Positions 29,145 through 43,318 of a stretch of DNA of 64,000 bases are shown here, piece by piece. The notes under the pieces were generated by a model that saw only the letters and a list, made by a program, of their open reading frames with translations, ran no database searches and was not told the DNA's origin. The translations under genes and the position numbers were made by a program. This stretch comes from Eledone cirrhosa. Taxonomy: Eukaryota. The stretch lies in NCBI GenBank assembly GCA_964016885.1, contig OZ024744.1, positions 59,892,001 to 59,956,000 on the forward strand, in the 5' to 3' direction. The stretch's first letter is position 1; each line of letters opens with the position of its first letter.

Positions 29145-30016
29145 CCTGTAAAGTGTGCCGCCAATAAAAACTTTCAGGATGACACATGCCCTATATCTTT
29201 CACCTCAACTTTCTCCCCTGTCCCCCTTCCCTTTCTCTTTCTCTTTCTCTCCCTCTCTCCCCGCCTTCTCTCTCTCACCCCTCCCCCTCTCTCTCTCTAT
29301 CTATCTATCTCGTTCTCTCCCTCCCTCTATATAATCTCATTCGCTCTACTATGCTCTGATTGCTCACATATCTTGCTTTTGTTTCTTTAACTTATTTTTC
29401 TATTCTTTGTTTCTTTCTGTGTTATTCTTAACTTTATATTCTTCTCCCCTCCCTCCCCCTTCTCCTCAACCTCTACATCCTCCATCTTCCTTATTGGTTG
29501 TCAAAAGGAAAATATATGAACGAATATATAAAGAAATAAATAATGAAAGAAGGAAAAAGACAAGACGCCGCCTACGTTCTCTTCTCAACATGTCTGCCCT
29601 GTATTATGCTATATATATTTTGATGTTATACATTGATACGTTATCTATACGGAGATATGCAACCATGAACGCAGCCGCATGTTTATACATATATCCACAT
29701 ACGCGCGCGCACACACACACACAGACATACATACATATACGCACACACACAAATGTACATATACAATACATATGTGTGTGTCCATGTTATACACATGTAT
29801 ACATTAATGCATATTTATATATATGTGTGTGTGTGTATTATATATATGTATATATGTGTGTGTGTGTATATATATACACATTGTTATAATTGGGAGAGTC
29901 CTGCTGCCAATAAAAACACACGTACCAGTTTAGTTTGACTTAACTTTATCATTAGTTGAATAAGTAATCCATTCATCGGTTAAATTAGTAACCAGTTGAT
30001 TGTTTAATTATCAATT

Positions 30017-30059
30017 GTCAAAGCTCTTTCGTCACACACCCTGTTACCTTCTCAATGAC
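30017..30059 (-). ncRNA. hammerhead motif with U3-A8 core (element about 29881-30110)
   Basis: gtca TTGAGAA g GTaACA..TGTGAC GAAA GAGCT T tgac; paralog of 2171-2213. Confidence 0.6.
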
Positions 30060-30307
30060 TATTCATGCTTACATGTTTCTCCTTTTCGTTTTGATCTTCT
30101 ATTTACTCCATGATTCCACAGGACTAGAATTGTTTCATTCTTCTAAAATGATTAAGAAAGTCCTGATGATTTCAAAGAAATGAAAAGGTTCTAGTCCTGT
30201 AGAAGTCATTGCTACGTTAGATAAATAATGTACCCCTTCTGCTAATGTATTGATTACCTTATTTAACTGTAGTCTTTCCCTGTACCTCTTCGGAATTTTC
30301 CATAATC

Positions 30308-30340
<33 letters not shown>

Positions 30341-30419
30341 TGTATGTATGTATGTATGTATGTATGTATGTATGTATGTATGTATGTATGTATGTATGTA
30401 TGTATGCATGTATGTATGT

Positions 30420-30988
30420 CAGGTGCTACTGGTAACATGTATCCCAGTACAACCTGTCTCATGGTGGGGTCGTTGGCGACTAAACTGGCAACCCCACCAA
30501 GGTTTCTTGGTGAGGAGGGTGACTTTGGACATCCTGCAGGACTAAAAACAAAACCTGTCAAAGCTCTTAAGAGTCAATAGCCATCCAAAATCACCGGGGG
30601 AGATGACCCCTTAGCCTTTGTCAAGGCAGAATTCTAGGAGAAGGAAAACTCTGATATAACACCTGCAACTCTGATGGTATCCAATGGTGTTGACTTGTTC
30701 TTCTTTTTGGTAAATATCATCTTGGTTAAGAGAGTGGGACTGGCTTTGTACAGTGCCTTTGCTCACTATAAAAGTTTCACGGCACAGGCATTGCTTTATA
30801 TCTGAAGATCTCTCTGCACTTGTCGTCACATGGTACCATGGGCCCAGCACTATGTGTCAATAATTGTCACAAGTGTAGTGTTTGTACCAGAGTTTTCAAG
30901 TCACACTCGTTCAGCGCTTCGGTATGGGTTCTCCTACATGGATATAAGGTAGTGGCCGTACTCGAAAACGAGTTGGCAGCCACCACCA
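30420..30988 (+). mobile_element. short non-autonomous RTE-like element, longest copy
   Basis: Near-identical to 19810-20243 with about 150 extra 5' bases; preceded by (TATG)n. Confidence 0.65.
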
Positions 30989-30999
30989 TATATGTATGC

Positions 31000-31440
31000 T
31001 TATCTCTTTCTCTTAATTTCGAGTATATTTTTGACCGGCCACCTTCCTGGTGGCAAGGTTGTAAAAGAAAAGAAATTGTCATCCCTTGAATCGCAAAATG
31101 TTTTGCAAATTTTGAAGGTGCCAGCTATCGCAGCCATTTGTAGACTATGAATTAGGGAGCTGCGTTCTTTGTCCGCAAATCCAAGTTCAGTTATACATTG
31201 GTCCAAGCGGGTTGGTATATAACCCATAGCTCCAATAATGATAGGTATGAAGCTAAAGGTGTATCTTGAATACTGGATTTGTAAACTCCTCATCAATGGT
31301 CCGTAGATGTCCTCCTTCTCCTGTATTTTTCTGACAACATTTACATCAAGTGGGCAGCTGATCTTCACAACAGAACACGTTTTCAATGTGTTGTCCCAAA
31401 CAACAATACCAGGCCGGTTGTGCTTTTATTTGGTGGCTAG
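31000..31440 (-). mobile_element. R4/Dong-like RLE LINE, 3' fragment
   Basis: HNRPGIVVWD..KISCP..K..IYGPL..IPIIIGAMG. Confidence 0.8.
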
Positions 31441-31902
31441 CAGTAAGCTATAACCGTATCTTATTACAGGCCTGGATGGGGTCATTGTTTGGTTGAGAGG
31501 GGAGGCCTGCCTAGGCGAGTTTCGTAGAACTCTGCAGTAGTTGATGGTCAACTTCCTTCGGACTTGCGCCTGCGCAGACCGGTGGGGGTGAATTGGGACT
31601 CACAAGGGAACGGGCGAAGAACTCAAGAGCACATGCTTTGTCCGTTCCCATGTCGATTCAATTTGGATTGCTTCGGAAACATAACCTTATTATGTAACAA
31701 GCTGTCTGATGATGTCACGGCACTGGGCACACCGAACCGTGTGGCCACTGTCGTCATTGAAATATGTATCACAGCATTATCATAAAAGGACTTTAACATC
31801 TGAAACTACTTCGCTTTTTCTTATTCGATATTTACTCCGTCACTCCTATGTGGAAAAAGTCCGTTGAGTGCTTGAATTGAATTGCATCAATATTTACCTT
31901 AA

Positions 31903-31995
<93 letters not shown>

Positions 31996-32032
31996 GTGAC
32001 GAAACATTGCATGAACTCATAATCCTTTATTT

Positions 32033-32088
32033 ACTGCTATATATATTTCGATGATAGCCATTGAATGGCTATGACCTCATCAGGCAGT
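32033..32088 (-). ncRNA. hammerhead ribozyme motif
   Basis: actgc CTGATGA GGTcATAGCCA-ttcaa-TGGCTATcATC GAAA TATATAT A gcagt, then AATAAA. Confidence 0.9.
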
Positions 32089-33406
32089 TAGTCAGTTCTT
32101 TGATATGCCAGCTCTGTGTTTATGGTGTTGATGGTTTTAGAGCCTTGGGACATATGAGCTTGTTGGGGATAATTTAATGTTGTCAGCAGGAATAATCTTA
32201 ATTCTCATTGGTCAGTTTGTAGATGCTAGTAGGGTTGGTATTTGACCTCAAAGAAGCAGGTGGTGTTGTAAAGTTCAAACCGTCAGACAAGATGACAATA
32301 GTTCCATATGACTGATTTTCACAAAAAGCATTCCTGGTCAGATATATATTCAATTGAGGTTTATAGTATGAAATTCGATACTACAAGTAATTCTTAAATT
32401 GAGGAATTTATGTTAGAGTAGAATACTAGAAAATTATGGTTAGAGTAGAATACTAGAAAATTTACATATAAAAAGATTTATGTTGGTTGACTTGCACATA
32501 CACTCACACCCACCCCCACAGACACACATCCACACATACAAATTGAGGAATTTATGTGGGGTGGTAATACTGAAAATTATGGTTAGAGTCAAATACTTAG
32601 AAAGTTTACATATAAAAAGACTTATGTTGGTTGACTTGTACATACACTCACACCTACCCCCACAGACACACACACACACACATCTACACACACAAATCCA
32701 AACAGGTGTGTATATATATGTATGTACGCACAAGTGTATATATATATACAACAGAGGCCCCCAAATCCAAGTATAAGGCAGACATAAAACGAGGTGGGTG
32801 TTATTTTTAAAGAAAAATAAAGTGGGTGTTTGGAAAAGTTATTGTTTAGACTAGACAAAAGTAGAGTGTGATATATATCTTCACAGCAATAGCTTAGGGG
32901 CATTGGGGCTTAGGCGAATCCCTTAGTACAGACATATATAGGTACAAGCACCCACCCACACTTGTATACCTCTGGATGCGTGTGTATGTCTATATACACA
33001 TGTGCACTCATACAAGAGAGCATATACAAATATACTCTTAAGCATACACTCGAACATTTTTCAAATGCAACCTGGGGTATTATTATTTCGTTGCGTTCAC
33101 ATAAGTGTGTACATTCAGGTAACCCCAGTATAGACACACAACGCACGGTTGCGGGCACGCATTCATGCGTATAGGGTTAGTACCTAAGGATAATTGTTCT
33201 TCCTGTGTGGGCCACTCCCGGGGGGTGGGGTGTCCATCAGGTTCAATAAACGTGGTTTTGCTGACTCCTAACCAGTAGAGGACCCGGTGGACAATCCACC
33301 GTAGGGACCACAAACTATGGGTGGGTGTTGTTGCCCATTGGTCATTGGTACGGGGTGTAGGGGACCTACAGGAGGGGAGGGCGTTGTGGGAGGCCATAAC
33401 CGGGGT

Positions 33407-33907
33407 TTATCCATATAGCTTGAGGAAAGTTCCCGTCCTTAGGTGTCTGCAGGCGCCGAATAAGTCGGCCCTTCTGTTTAATAGCTTGGTTCCGCCATGA
33501 AGTATCTCGAGTGTCTCACTAAGACAGAGGTTGCAAATACCAGACCCATCTCTGTCTGGGGGAACCTTTCTAACCACGGACCAGACCAGAGAGTGCGGGG
33601 TCTTTTCAAGTTTGAGCTTCCAGATCAATTCAGAAAGGGCCGTACATTTCCTCTTTTCTATTCTGTTAAAGGAATGGCGATGGTTATGCCACCTATCTTT
33701 GAAGCTCGTTGCCATGGATCCTATGTAGTGGTGCTCCGAGTTAAGCGTTGTGACCTTGCACCTGTAGACTACATTTTTCGTCATGCATTCATTACTAAGG
33801 GGGCATAGTGATGGGTCTCTGCAATTGCATGACTTCTTAAGCCCCTGCACATGTACCGTGTGGTTACCATCAACGGGGGTTGGCTGGGTAGCCGCCGCAA
33901 TCAGCAC
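33407..33907 (-). CDS. PLE GIY-YIG endonuclease domain
   Basis: CNCRDPSLCPLSNEC, VVY..YIG, FKDRWHNH, CNLCLSE, LNRR, CRH. Confidence 0.9.
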   Translation of the reverse strand: MLIAAATQPTPVDGNHTVHVQGLKKSCNCRDPSLCPLSNECMTKNVVYRCKVTTLNSEHHYIGSMATSFKDRWHNHRHSFNRIEKRKCTALSELIWKLKLEKTPHSLVWSVVRKVPPDRDGSGICNLCLSETLEILHGGTKLLNRRADLFGACRHLRTGTFLKLYG

Positions 33908-34278
33908 AGGGTCGTTAGTTTCCGCTGTGCTAGTTGGGCCTGTCCGGGTCTGGTCGTCCGCGTGCTGGTTCTGTTGGGTGGCTCCGGGGTTTACGGTGGT
34001 ATTAGAGGCAGTGAGCCTATTCCTATTTATGCCAGCTAAGTGCTGGGCTGAGCACCACAGTGGTCTTCAGCGTTGTAGGTGGAGTATGCGGGACCTTCTA
34101 CCGGGGGTGGTGACAGATAGGGATCTGGGAGTGTTACTACTGGTCACCGAGGTATTAGGTGGGCGACTCATGCTCCTTGGGTCATCTCGATCATGCCCCT
34201 TAGGGTTATAGCTGATCTTATGGCTGTGGGACGCCTTAGCTAGCGCTGTGTTATAATAATCAGCATTACTATTGAAGA

Positions 34279-34329
<51 letters not shown>

Positions 34330-34355
34330 GTGTGTGTATGTATGTGTATATATAC

Positions 34356-34463
<108 letters not shown>

Positions 34464-35454
34464 TATCAGTGTATCAGTAGAATATACATCGCACACGCCA
34501 TAATTCATTTTTTTTCACTAGATGTACAAAATTGTATATCTTTGTGACGTTGTGACGCTTGCGGTTGGAATAACTTCTAACAGCGAAGTGAATAATTCGC
34601 TTGCTAATCCTTTTGCTTTTGCTTTTGCTTTCATTTACTTTAATACAGAAATTTCTCTTCAACCGGAAATTGAAAAAAGAAAGAAGGCAAGTGAAGATTA
34701 TCGCTCTATTTCCGCTATGAATCACTTGCTACATAAAACACAGCAAATATTATGGCCGGTTTAGTAAGTAGATAAACAACCAAGAAACAACAAATAAACA
34801 AAAGGATAGATAAATAAATAAATAAACATAAAAGATAAGCTAGAAAGTATATTTTTGAATATGTTAATTCACTGCAAATAAATTTAGTTTACAAATAGAC
34901 TTTAAACTACTTCTCTCTTAGAACTTCAATTTAATTATCGTCAGCATTTCGTGTACAATTTCCTGGTCCAGAATCGGTCGACCGACGGACGAAATACCTT
35001 GCAGACCTGCAAACTCTCCCCGTCGGACGGGGTGATCTCCCACCCACATTGGGGTGGTTGAGATGTCTTCTCTTGTGAAAATAGGTATAGCTTTCATTAT
35101 GTAAAAATCTCCTCATTTTGCCTCATTTTTCTCCTTTTTGGAGCACTTTTTTTCTCGGTACTCTCCGTTTGGGTTTTTAGAGGTTGGCAGGTCTCTATCT
35201 TGGTTAGATTAGTTTCAACTCTTTACATTCAGTGATGAAGTCCAGTTGTGGTAGGATTTGTCAGTTCATTATATCTTTCCGGGGTTGTCGGTTCGGTATA
35301 TGCAAGCGTATACATATGATTATATCACTGGACTGGATGGGGGTAATCTAGTATAACTAACGGAACTAATTCTCATAAGCGTTACCCCGACCCTCCCAAT
35401 GGGCATATTTGGGGGGGTGCTGCTTTTTTTTTTGTCATATAACAGAGTGATGTG

Positions 35455-35690
35455 GACGCAGCATGGTTGAATGGTTAAGAATTTCGCTTCGCAATCAAAA
35501 GATTCTGGGATTGATGCCACTGTCAAATATCCTGGCAAGTGTCATATACCACAATTTCGAGTCGACTCAAGTCTTGTAAGTGAAATTGGGGAGACACTGA
35601 AACATTTGGCAAGTCCGACGGATGGGCTGCACCTGTTATTTCAAAGAGCCAGCCTTGACAACACATTCTCTCCGATGCCCTAAAGTTTAG
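35455..35690 (+). mobile_element. degenerate tRNA-derived SINE
   Basis: A-box-like tggttgaatggttaag; decayed B box. Confidence 0.4.
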
Positions 35691-36091
35691 GGCCTAAACG
35701 ATACTGCTAACACAGCACCCTGGTTTAGAACTCATTTACGCTAACGATAGGATTGAGCTCTTGCGTGGCTACTCGATCTGCTAGAAATAGCAGCGAAATC
35801 CCCTATAAATCTTCCAAGAACGAAGGGCACAATAGATAATACAGTCGTAGATACCTCACACTAAAAAGAAGACAAAACTGCCATGGCTAGAATACCTTTG
35901 ATCATAGATATACTTGAACAGAGTTCATTTGGAACCGATCAACAACAACACAGTTTATGAAACGTGTATTAAGACGTCGATAGTCTTTGTGCAGTCCAGA
36001 TATTGTCCTAACCATAGGAGAGAAGCCATAACAAAAATATATGAGAACATACGTAAGGGGGTGTGTGTGCGAAAATGTAATTCAATGCATA

Positions 36092-36200
<109 letters not shown>

Positions 36201-36371
36201 TAGTTATACTATATAGCTCTGTTATTGAGTCAATCTAATTCATTCAGATTATTTTGTCCCTATTAATCATAGAGCAACAACGGTTAAGGTTGGCACCACA
36301 CAAATTCAGGGATATATGTGTGTATATGCATGTATATGTATGTATTCGCATGTATCTGTGTATTTCTTTTT

Positions 36372-36425
<54 letters not shown>

Positions 36426-37064
36426 TAAACTATAATAAAGTAAGAAGCGCGGGACTGCGTACGGTTTATAATTTTTTATCCCATTAGTAAAATAAGTTGG
36501 ATTACTTTGAATAAATAATGAATGAATATTACATAATTTATCTACTAAATTTCGTGGCTGTTCATTAAATATATTATATTACTTATTTAAAAATTCATTT
36601 CTTTTTAATGTTCAAATGTCAACACTTCCGGTTAGCGGTCGCTTAAATAAATATTCATATATTTCTGTCGCTAATTTTCTCCTAATGCAGTTTATATATA
36701 ATATTGTCTTTCTTTAATGTATGGATTACTTTACTGATTACATAAGACAGTGTAACAATGTCTTCGTTCAATTTGTGTATATAGTCAATTACGATTTTAT
36801 TTGATGTATCATATCTACATGTATATATACTTGCGTATAATATCAATATACACACTACACATGCTAGCAGAGAACCACCTGAAGGGTGGTTTTTCTTCTA
36901 GTACATATAACAAAGAAGGTGTGGTAAGATACCAGGTGGACCATAACGCATCAGAGTACTCGATAGAAAGGGGAGTAGAGTGGATAATATGAAAAGAGTC
37001 AGGACCCCAACGGCCGGAGCTCAGCCGTCGGGGTCCTGACTCTTTTCATGTATATATATATATT

Positions 37065-40000
37065 ACGGCCCCATTCGATCCTGCAATAGAAAACAAATAA
37101 TGATTGGTAATTCTGTGACAAAAGAAATCATAGAAGAACTAGAACCTGATATTACTGAGTTAAATGAAATCATTTATGCATCTACTAGAGTAATTGAAAA
37201 GAGTTGTTTACCACCAAAAAAACAAAAAAGGTCGAACCTTCGAGGTAAACCAATTTGGAGGAGTAGAATCGAAAAGGAGATTGACGCAATGAGAGGAGAA
37301 ATATCTTTATTGAGTGAGTTAACCGCTGGAAATGATATAAGATCCAAGAAGGTAAGAAAGCTAAAGAGAAAATATGGACTGTCTTCTAGAGAAGCAATAG
37401 TTTCAACAAAAGAATCTCTGAAACAAAAAGTCCAAGTAAAAGCCAAACGAATTCGTAGATTCGAGAAGCAAAACAACCTCTACAGGCAAAATAAGTTCTT
37501 CTCATCCAATGCCAAGTCATTTTATAGAGAAGTAGGAAAGAAAAAAATAATTATTGAAGACCCCCACCCCCCCACCCCCACCCCCGCCCGTCTATAGAAG
37601 AAGTTGAAAACTTCTGGAGTAATATTTGGAGTGATGAGAAGACATAATACTAATGTAGATTGGATTAGTCGCCTGGAAAAATCCTACACAAATTTAGAAG
37701 AACAGGCGTGGGAAGACATCTCTATAGCGGACTTAAGGACAGCACTCAATAAATCTCATAATTGGAAATCTCCTGGTAGAGACAGGGTGCCAAATTTCTG
37801 GCTTTCCTCACTCCCGTGCTCTCACAATATATTGGTCAAGCTGTTTAATGGAATTATGAAAGATCCAAAAAATACACCTGATTGGATAGCAAGTGGCATT
37901 ACCTACCTTCTACCAAAGAAGAACGAAACCAAAGATCCAAAAAACTATCGGCCCATAACATGCTTGTCCACCACTTATAAACTATTAACCTCTATTCTCA
38001 TGGAAAAAGCATACGTGTTTTTGGAGGAGAACAATAGTTTCCCCATTGAACAAAAAGGGTGCCGACGAGGTTCATATGGTTGCAAAGATCAACTTTTGAT
38101 TAATCGTATGATCCTTGAGAACTGTCATAATAAACACAGAAATCTCAGTTCTGCATGGATCGATTATAAAAAAGTCTTTGACAGCATACCACACTCATGG
38201 ATTCTGAAATCACTGGACATCTTCAAAATCTCACCTGTGATCTCAAACTTCCTGAAACACAATATGTCATTATGGAACACAAATCTCCAATTGTCTCATT
38301 CCACTGGGGTACTGTGCTCTGGGAATATAAACATCAACTGTGGTATATTCCAGGGTGACTTACTTTCACCTTTGCTTTTCTGCATAGCTTAATACCCCTT
38401 ACATCCGAGCTTAATAGAACAGGGTACGGTTATAGAATTGACAACAACAAAATAAGCCACCTATTGTATATGGATGATTTGAAGCTATATTGCAAAGATA
38501 ATGACGAACTGGAAGGCCTTTTGCGGACAGTAAAAACGCTTAGAGATGACACCAGGATGGAGTTTGGACTTGACAAGTGTGCAAAAGCCACTTTCATAAA
38601 AGGAGAAGCTTGTCAACTCAGACTCAGTTGTATTGGATGCTGAAACGATCATAAAGGAACTTGAGCAGGAACAAACCTATATATACTTAGGGATTAATGA
38701 GGGCTCTGACATACAGCATGAAAGTATGAAAGAGAGGATAAGGAAAGAATGTCACAGGAGAGTACGTGCAGTTCTGAGATCAGAACTAAACGCTCGTAAC
38801 AAGGTGCTAGCCATAAATTCCTTGGCAGCCCCAGTTGTCACTTATAGCTTCGGTGTGTTGAACTGGAATATGAGTGAAATCAAAAGAATCGACACCAAAG
38901 TCCGTAATCTACTGACCTGTAATAGGATGCACCACCCAAAAGCAGATGTGGATCGTCTTTACCTTCCTAGAACTCAGGGAGGCCGGGGCCTGATCCAATT
39001 TGAACTTGCTTACAAAACCACCATCATTGGACTGGCCAAATACCTTGAAACAACTAACGGCTGTATGCTGAAACTTGTTGAAAAGCATGAAAGAAGTAAA
39101 AGATTCATTCTATCTTGAAGGAGAGCAAAAAATATGCTCCTGATCTCATGCTTGATACCCAGGCTGGACAGACTAAAGAAACTATTGCAACTGATGCTGC
39201 TAGGCACATAAAATCACTGGCAAAAGCAAAAGGGCAAGGACAATTAGCATCAAATTGGGAGCAGAAACCTCTGCACAGCAAATATGTGGCCCGTAGCAAA
39301 CAAACTGATGTTGACCAAAAGCACACCAATCAGTGGCTACGTAGTTCAGGGCTAAAGGCGGAGTGAAGGCTTCATCTTAGCTACTCAAGACCAAAGCTTA
39401 TTGACTCGTAATTACCAGGCCAATGTGATGAGAAACGGAATAAAACCAAAGACATGACAATTGGCCAATATCTAAACTGGGTAATATGTTGGCATTACAA
39501 AATAAAAGCTGAAGACAAGTGGTACAACCATCACCCTGAGGCTGAAACTGAAGGAGAAAAAGTAACAATTCTCTGGGACTTTCCTGTACATACTGACAGG
39601 ACCATAAAAGCAAATAGACCTGACATCATTGTAAAATATCAACATAACAAGGTCTGTTTATTGATAGATATGAGCATCCCATGTGATCACAATATCGCGG
39701 CAAAAGAATTTGATAAGCTACGAAAATATAAAGATCTGCTTATTGAAATTGAGAAAATGTGGCATCTCAAGGCAGTTGCAATACCAGTGATTGTGGGAGG
39801 ACTGGGAATGATCAAGAAAGGAACAGAACAATATTTGCGAATGATTCCTGGTTTACCCTCTCTGCACGAGGTGCAAAAAATTGTTTTGACTGGTACTGCA
39901 CACGTATTGAGAAGAGCACTATCTCTGTGAGATGGATATCCCTCCTTGTATTTACATATGCATATGCACATGTGTAAATATGTATACTGTTTTTTTTTTT

Positions 40001-40097
40001 ATTATAATCAATGTGCTATATTAACTGGCTTACCAATGCACACTGTGAATTTATTTCCCCTAGGTGTCAGGAAGAAACTCGGCATTTATCTCAGAAA
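37065..40097 (+). mobile_element. R4/Dong-like LINE (RT plus RLE), frameshifted
   Basis: NYRPITCL, WIDYKKVFDS, GIFQGDLLSP, YMDDLKLY near 38468, NRPDII..IDMSIPCD..KYKDL. Confidence 0.92.
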
Positions 40098-40210
40098 CAA
40101 TAATTGTTTCTACTTTGGGCACAAGGCCAGCAATTACCCAGTACATTACTGGTACTTTATTTTATCGACCCCGTAAGGATGAAAGGCAAAGTTAACCTTG
40201 GCGGGATTTG

Positions 40211-42970
40211 AAATAATACTACTTTCTTTATTAACCACAAGGGTTTACATAAAGTAGACATTAAGGATAGTACAGGACAATACGGGACGGTACAAATGGG
40301 CATTTCTGCGTGTAAAAAACAAAAACAGACGATGTAATAAAAATAACAATGAAAAATTCCCCAATAGGGGGGAAACTTCGAAGGACATTTGTGGAGAAAG
40401 CCCATTAAAAGGCCACAGTGACCCTGATAACCAGGGCAAATGCCCTCTCCCAGTTTTCCACCTTTAATTTACAGACACATACTCAGAGTAGGCCCATTCA
40501 CTCGGGCCATTCTTGCCTCTCTCACCCATCTTTCAACAAAATGCTGGGAAGAGCACTTCCCTCTCTACCCTGATTTTCCTTTTCAAATGAAATTTGAAAA
40601 AGTTAATCAGGGCATCACCGAAGAGGTAAGTGCTCGTCTTCAGCCCTTTCAAACGCGTCCACCATACTATCTCTTTCGCCATGGCCACCAGACAGATAAA
40701 AACTGCCTGCCGTTCCCGGCTAAAGGAAGAGGGCGGGACAATCCTCACGATGGATTCAGCTGATAGCTGGATCCGTCCTACACGCGACAGCAGGTGTTCG
40801 ACATAAACTCACAAGTCAGCACTGGACGAGTGCGTGCAGGACGGTTTCGTCACCCTGCGCGCATCTCGGACATGCCCGGCTGAGGGCACCTCCATGCCTG
40901 TAGAGTTTATCCCGAACTGGCAAAGCTCCTCGGTAGCACTGCCAGGCCAGGGTTTTCTGGAAGTTGTCCATAGGCCCCGGCCCGAAAGTTCTTCCGAAGA
41001 GATTGGCTAGTTGATTTTCGTCGACGCCTAGAGTTTCCCTAGGTACGTCGTCGCTCTTCCCCTCCACTAATCCTCTATAGAACGCCAAGGTGGAGTTTCC
41101 ACCGATCACATTGCCCAATTGGTCGAGGGCTGTGAGCGCCTGAAGACATTCCAGTCTCCAAGCGCTCCCCCTTAGTCTTCGCTTGACCCAGGACTGCAGC
41201 TCCGTCAAGGAGACGAGCTGGGGAAAGACGCGTCTAGCAAACGGCGACCACACCTGATCACCATCGAGGAAGAGGTGGAGATGTCGTAGCCTGAGCGCGT
41301 GTCTGCGCATCATCAGTCACGGCATTCCCAGCCCTCCGCGTAGCGGGTGTTGACAGCAGATGGACCGCCTGACCATCGGAGCGCGTCCCTTCCACAAAAA
41401 GCGAAAGAGCAAACGCTCCAGCGCAGTCAGGCGGGGCTTAGGACAAGGTACGACGGTCAGGCGGTAGTAGATGACGGACGCGATATACGCGTTAGCCACC
41501 TCCGCTCGACCTTTCAGGAATAGCTTTCTCTCGGCCCATTTCTGGGTGAGAGAAGCCACCCTGCTTGTCACCCCGTCCCAGTTTTTGTCCATCTGGAGAT
41601 CCGGACCGAACCAGACCCCGAGCAATTTAACCGGTCCGTCCGTCCAGCGCCCGATGACGCTGTTGGACGGCATGGACCTGCCTCTCCAGGTGCCGAGCTG
41701 CAGGCCCACTGACTTTTCCTGGTTGATCATTGCTCCTGTCACCGCTTCGTATTCTCTTAGTGTAGTGCCGATCAACTCGATGTGTTTGGCATTCGACACC
41801 ACTACGGTGACATCGTTTGCATATGCTGACACGGATCTTCCGCATCCTAGTTGCGCGCGGGATCCCCCTCAACGTCTCCAGTTTGTGCAGTAATGGCTCG
41901 AGAGTCAATACGTACAAGAGGGACGAGAGGGGACATCCTTGGCGGACCGAGCGCATGATGTTGAACGGTTCCGAAAGGTGACCGTTCACTCTCACCACAG
42001 AGCAGATGTCGCTGTGCATGGCAGCGATCCAGCCTCTGAAGACGGGCCCAAAGCCAGCCGCCCTAAGGACTGCCGCTAGGTAACGTTGGTCGACCCTATC
42101 GAAAGCTTTCGACTGATCTAAATTGATCAAGGACCCACCCATGCCAGGTTCCCTAGCTACCCTCTCTACGATGTATCGCATGAGGTGGAGGTTGTCGTGG
42201 ATGGATCTGTCGGGAATGGTGAACGTCTGCGGCTCTGCCACCAGACCACCAACGACAAGCGCCAACCTCTTTGCTAGCACCTTGGCCAAAATCTTGAACT
42301 CTGTGTTTAGCAGAGTTATGGGCCTGAAATTATCTATGTTATCCCCCTTGTTCGGATCCTTTCTCAGCAGCGCCACAGCTGCTCGGCTCACAGAGCTGGG
42401 AATTCTCCCGTTCTGTTGCCAGTTGCACTAGACGTCCGCCAACAGGCCTCCGAACAAGTCTGGCATCTGTACGTAAAGTTCATAGGGCAGACCATCCAAA
42501 CCAGGAGATTTACCCCTTGTGCAGCCAGTCATTGCCTCTCGTACTTCAGCGCCTGTTATCGGCTTTTTGCAACACTCCGTCTCAGTGGCCGAAAGCCGCG
42601 GCAGTCCGTCGAGGTAGACACTAAAGTCCATCCCTCGACCCGGCCCGCCGCTGCCCCCGAACAGCTGAGCGAAGTCTCGCTGAAAAGCTTCACACATTTT
42701 CCCGGGATCGAGTAGCATGCGGAAGAAATCAGGCCGCCCTGCTCCTGTCGGGGCATAGACGGCCACTAGCCTGAAAGATTGCCCGTCTCCGCTGGTCACG
42801 TCCAGCACCACCAACTTACCCTCTGGGTCCAGGAAGATGGCCCGTATGGCGAGATCCAAACCTTTCCGAAAAAGCACAGCAACTCCTCCCCACGATCCCG
42901 GACGGCTGGGAGATGCGTACACATCGCAGCCGCCGAAGATCGGTGCGAAGGCATGTGCTTCGGAGATTCT

Positions 42971-42972
<2 letters not shown>
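40211..42972 (-). mobile_element. Tx1-like LINE ORF2 (partial APE, deletion, RT, zinc finger, 3' UTR)
   Basis: GGVAVLF..AVYAP; KSPGLDGLPYE; QGCPLS; AYAND (catalytic D mutated). Confidence 0.92.
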
Positions 42973-43035
<63 letters not shown>

Positions 43036-43277
43036 TCTCTATCTCTCTCTCTATATATATATAGAGAGAGTAATTAAGTATCGAGAAAGAGAAGAAGAAA
43101 TAGGCGATACATGTAGTTATTTGCCAATAGCATATGCAACGGTTGCTCAATCCTTGTGCCTGCAGTGTTAAATATTAGAAGTGTTAATATCTAGTGGGCG
43201 AGAAAATCAGCAGAGCGGATACACGTGGAGAAATATATAAAGGAGAACAAACCGTTAAAACATGTTTATTTAAAATA

Positions 43278-43318
43278 GCACCTACGTACGTTTCGCCCGA
43301 AAGGGCTTCTTAAGGGCA
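43278..43318 (-). ncRNA. hammerhead motif with a core mutation (CTTAAGA)
   Basis: cc CTtAAGA a GCCC-tttc-GGGC GAAA CGTACGT A gg, then AATAAA; G5 substituted, likely inactive. Confidence 0.65.

Larger units (their letters stand above)
31996..34280 (-). mobile_element. 5'-truncated Penelope-like element (thumb end, linker, GIY-YIG, 1.4-kb 3' UTR, HHR) in (TA)n
   Basis: [16 protein letters not shown] matches the thumb of ORF 44546-46471; EN ORF 33407-33907; about 143-bp tandem duplication at 32396-32680. Confidence 0.9.
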
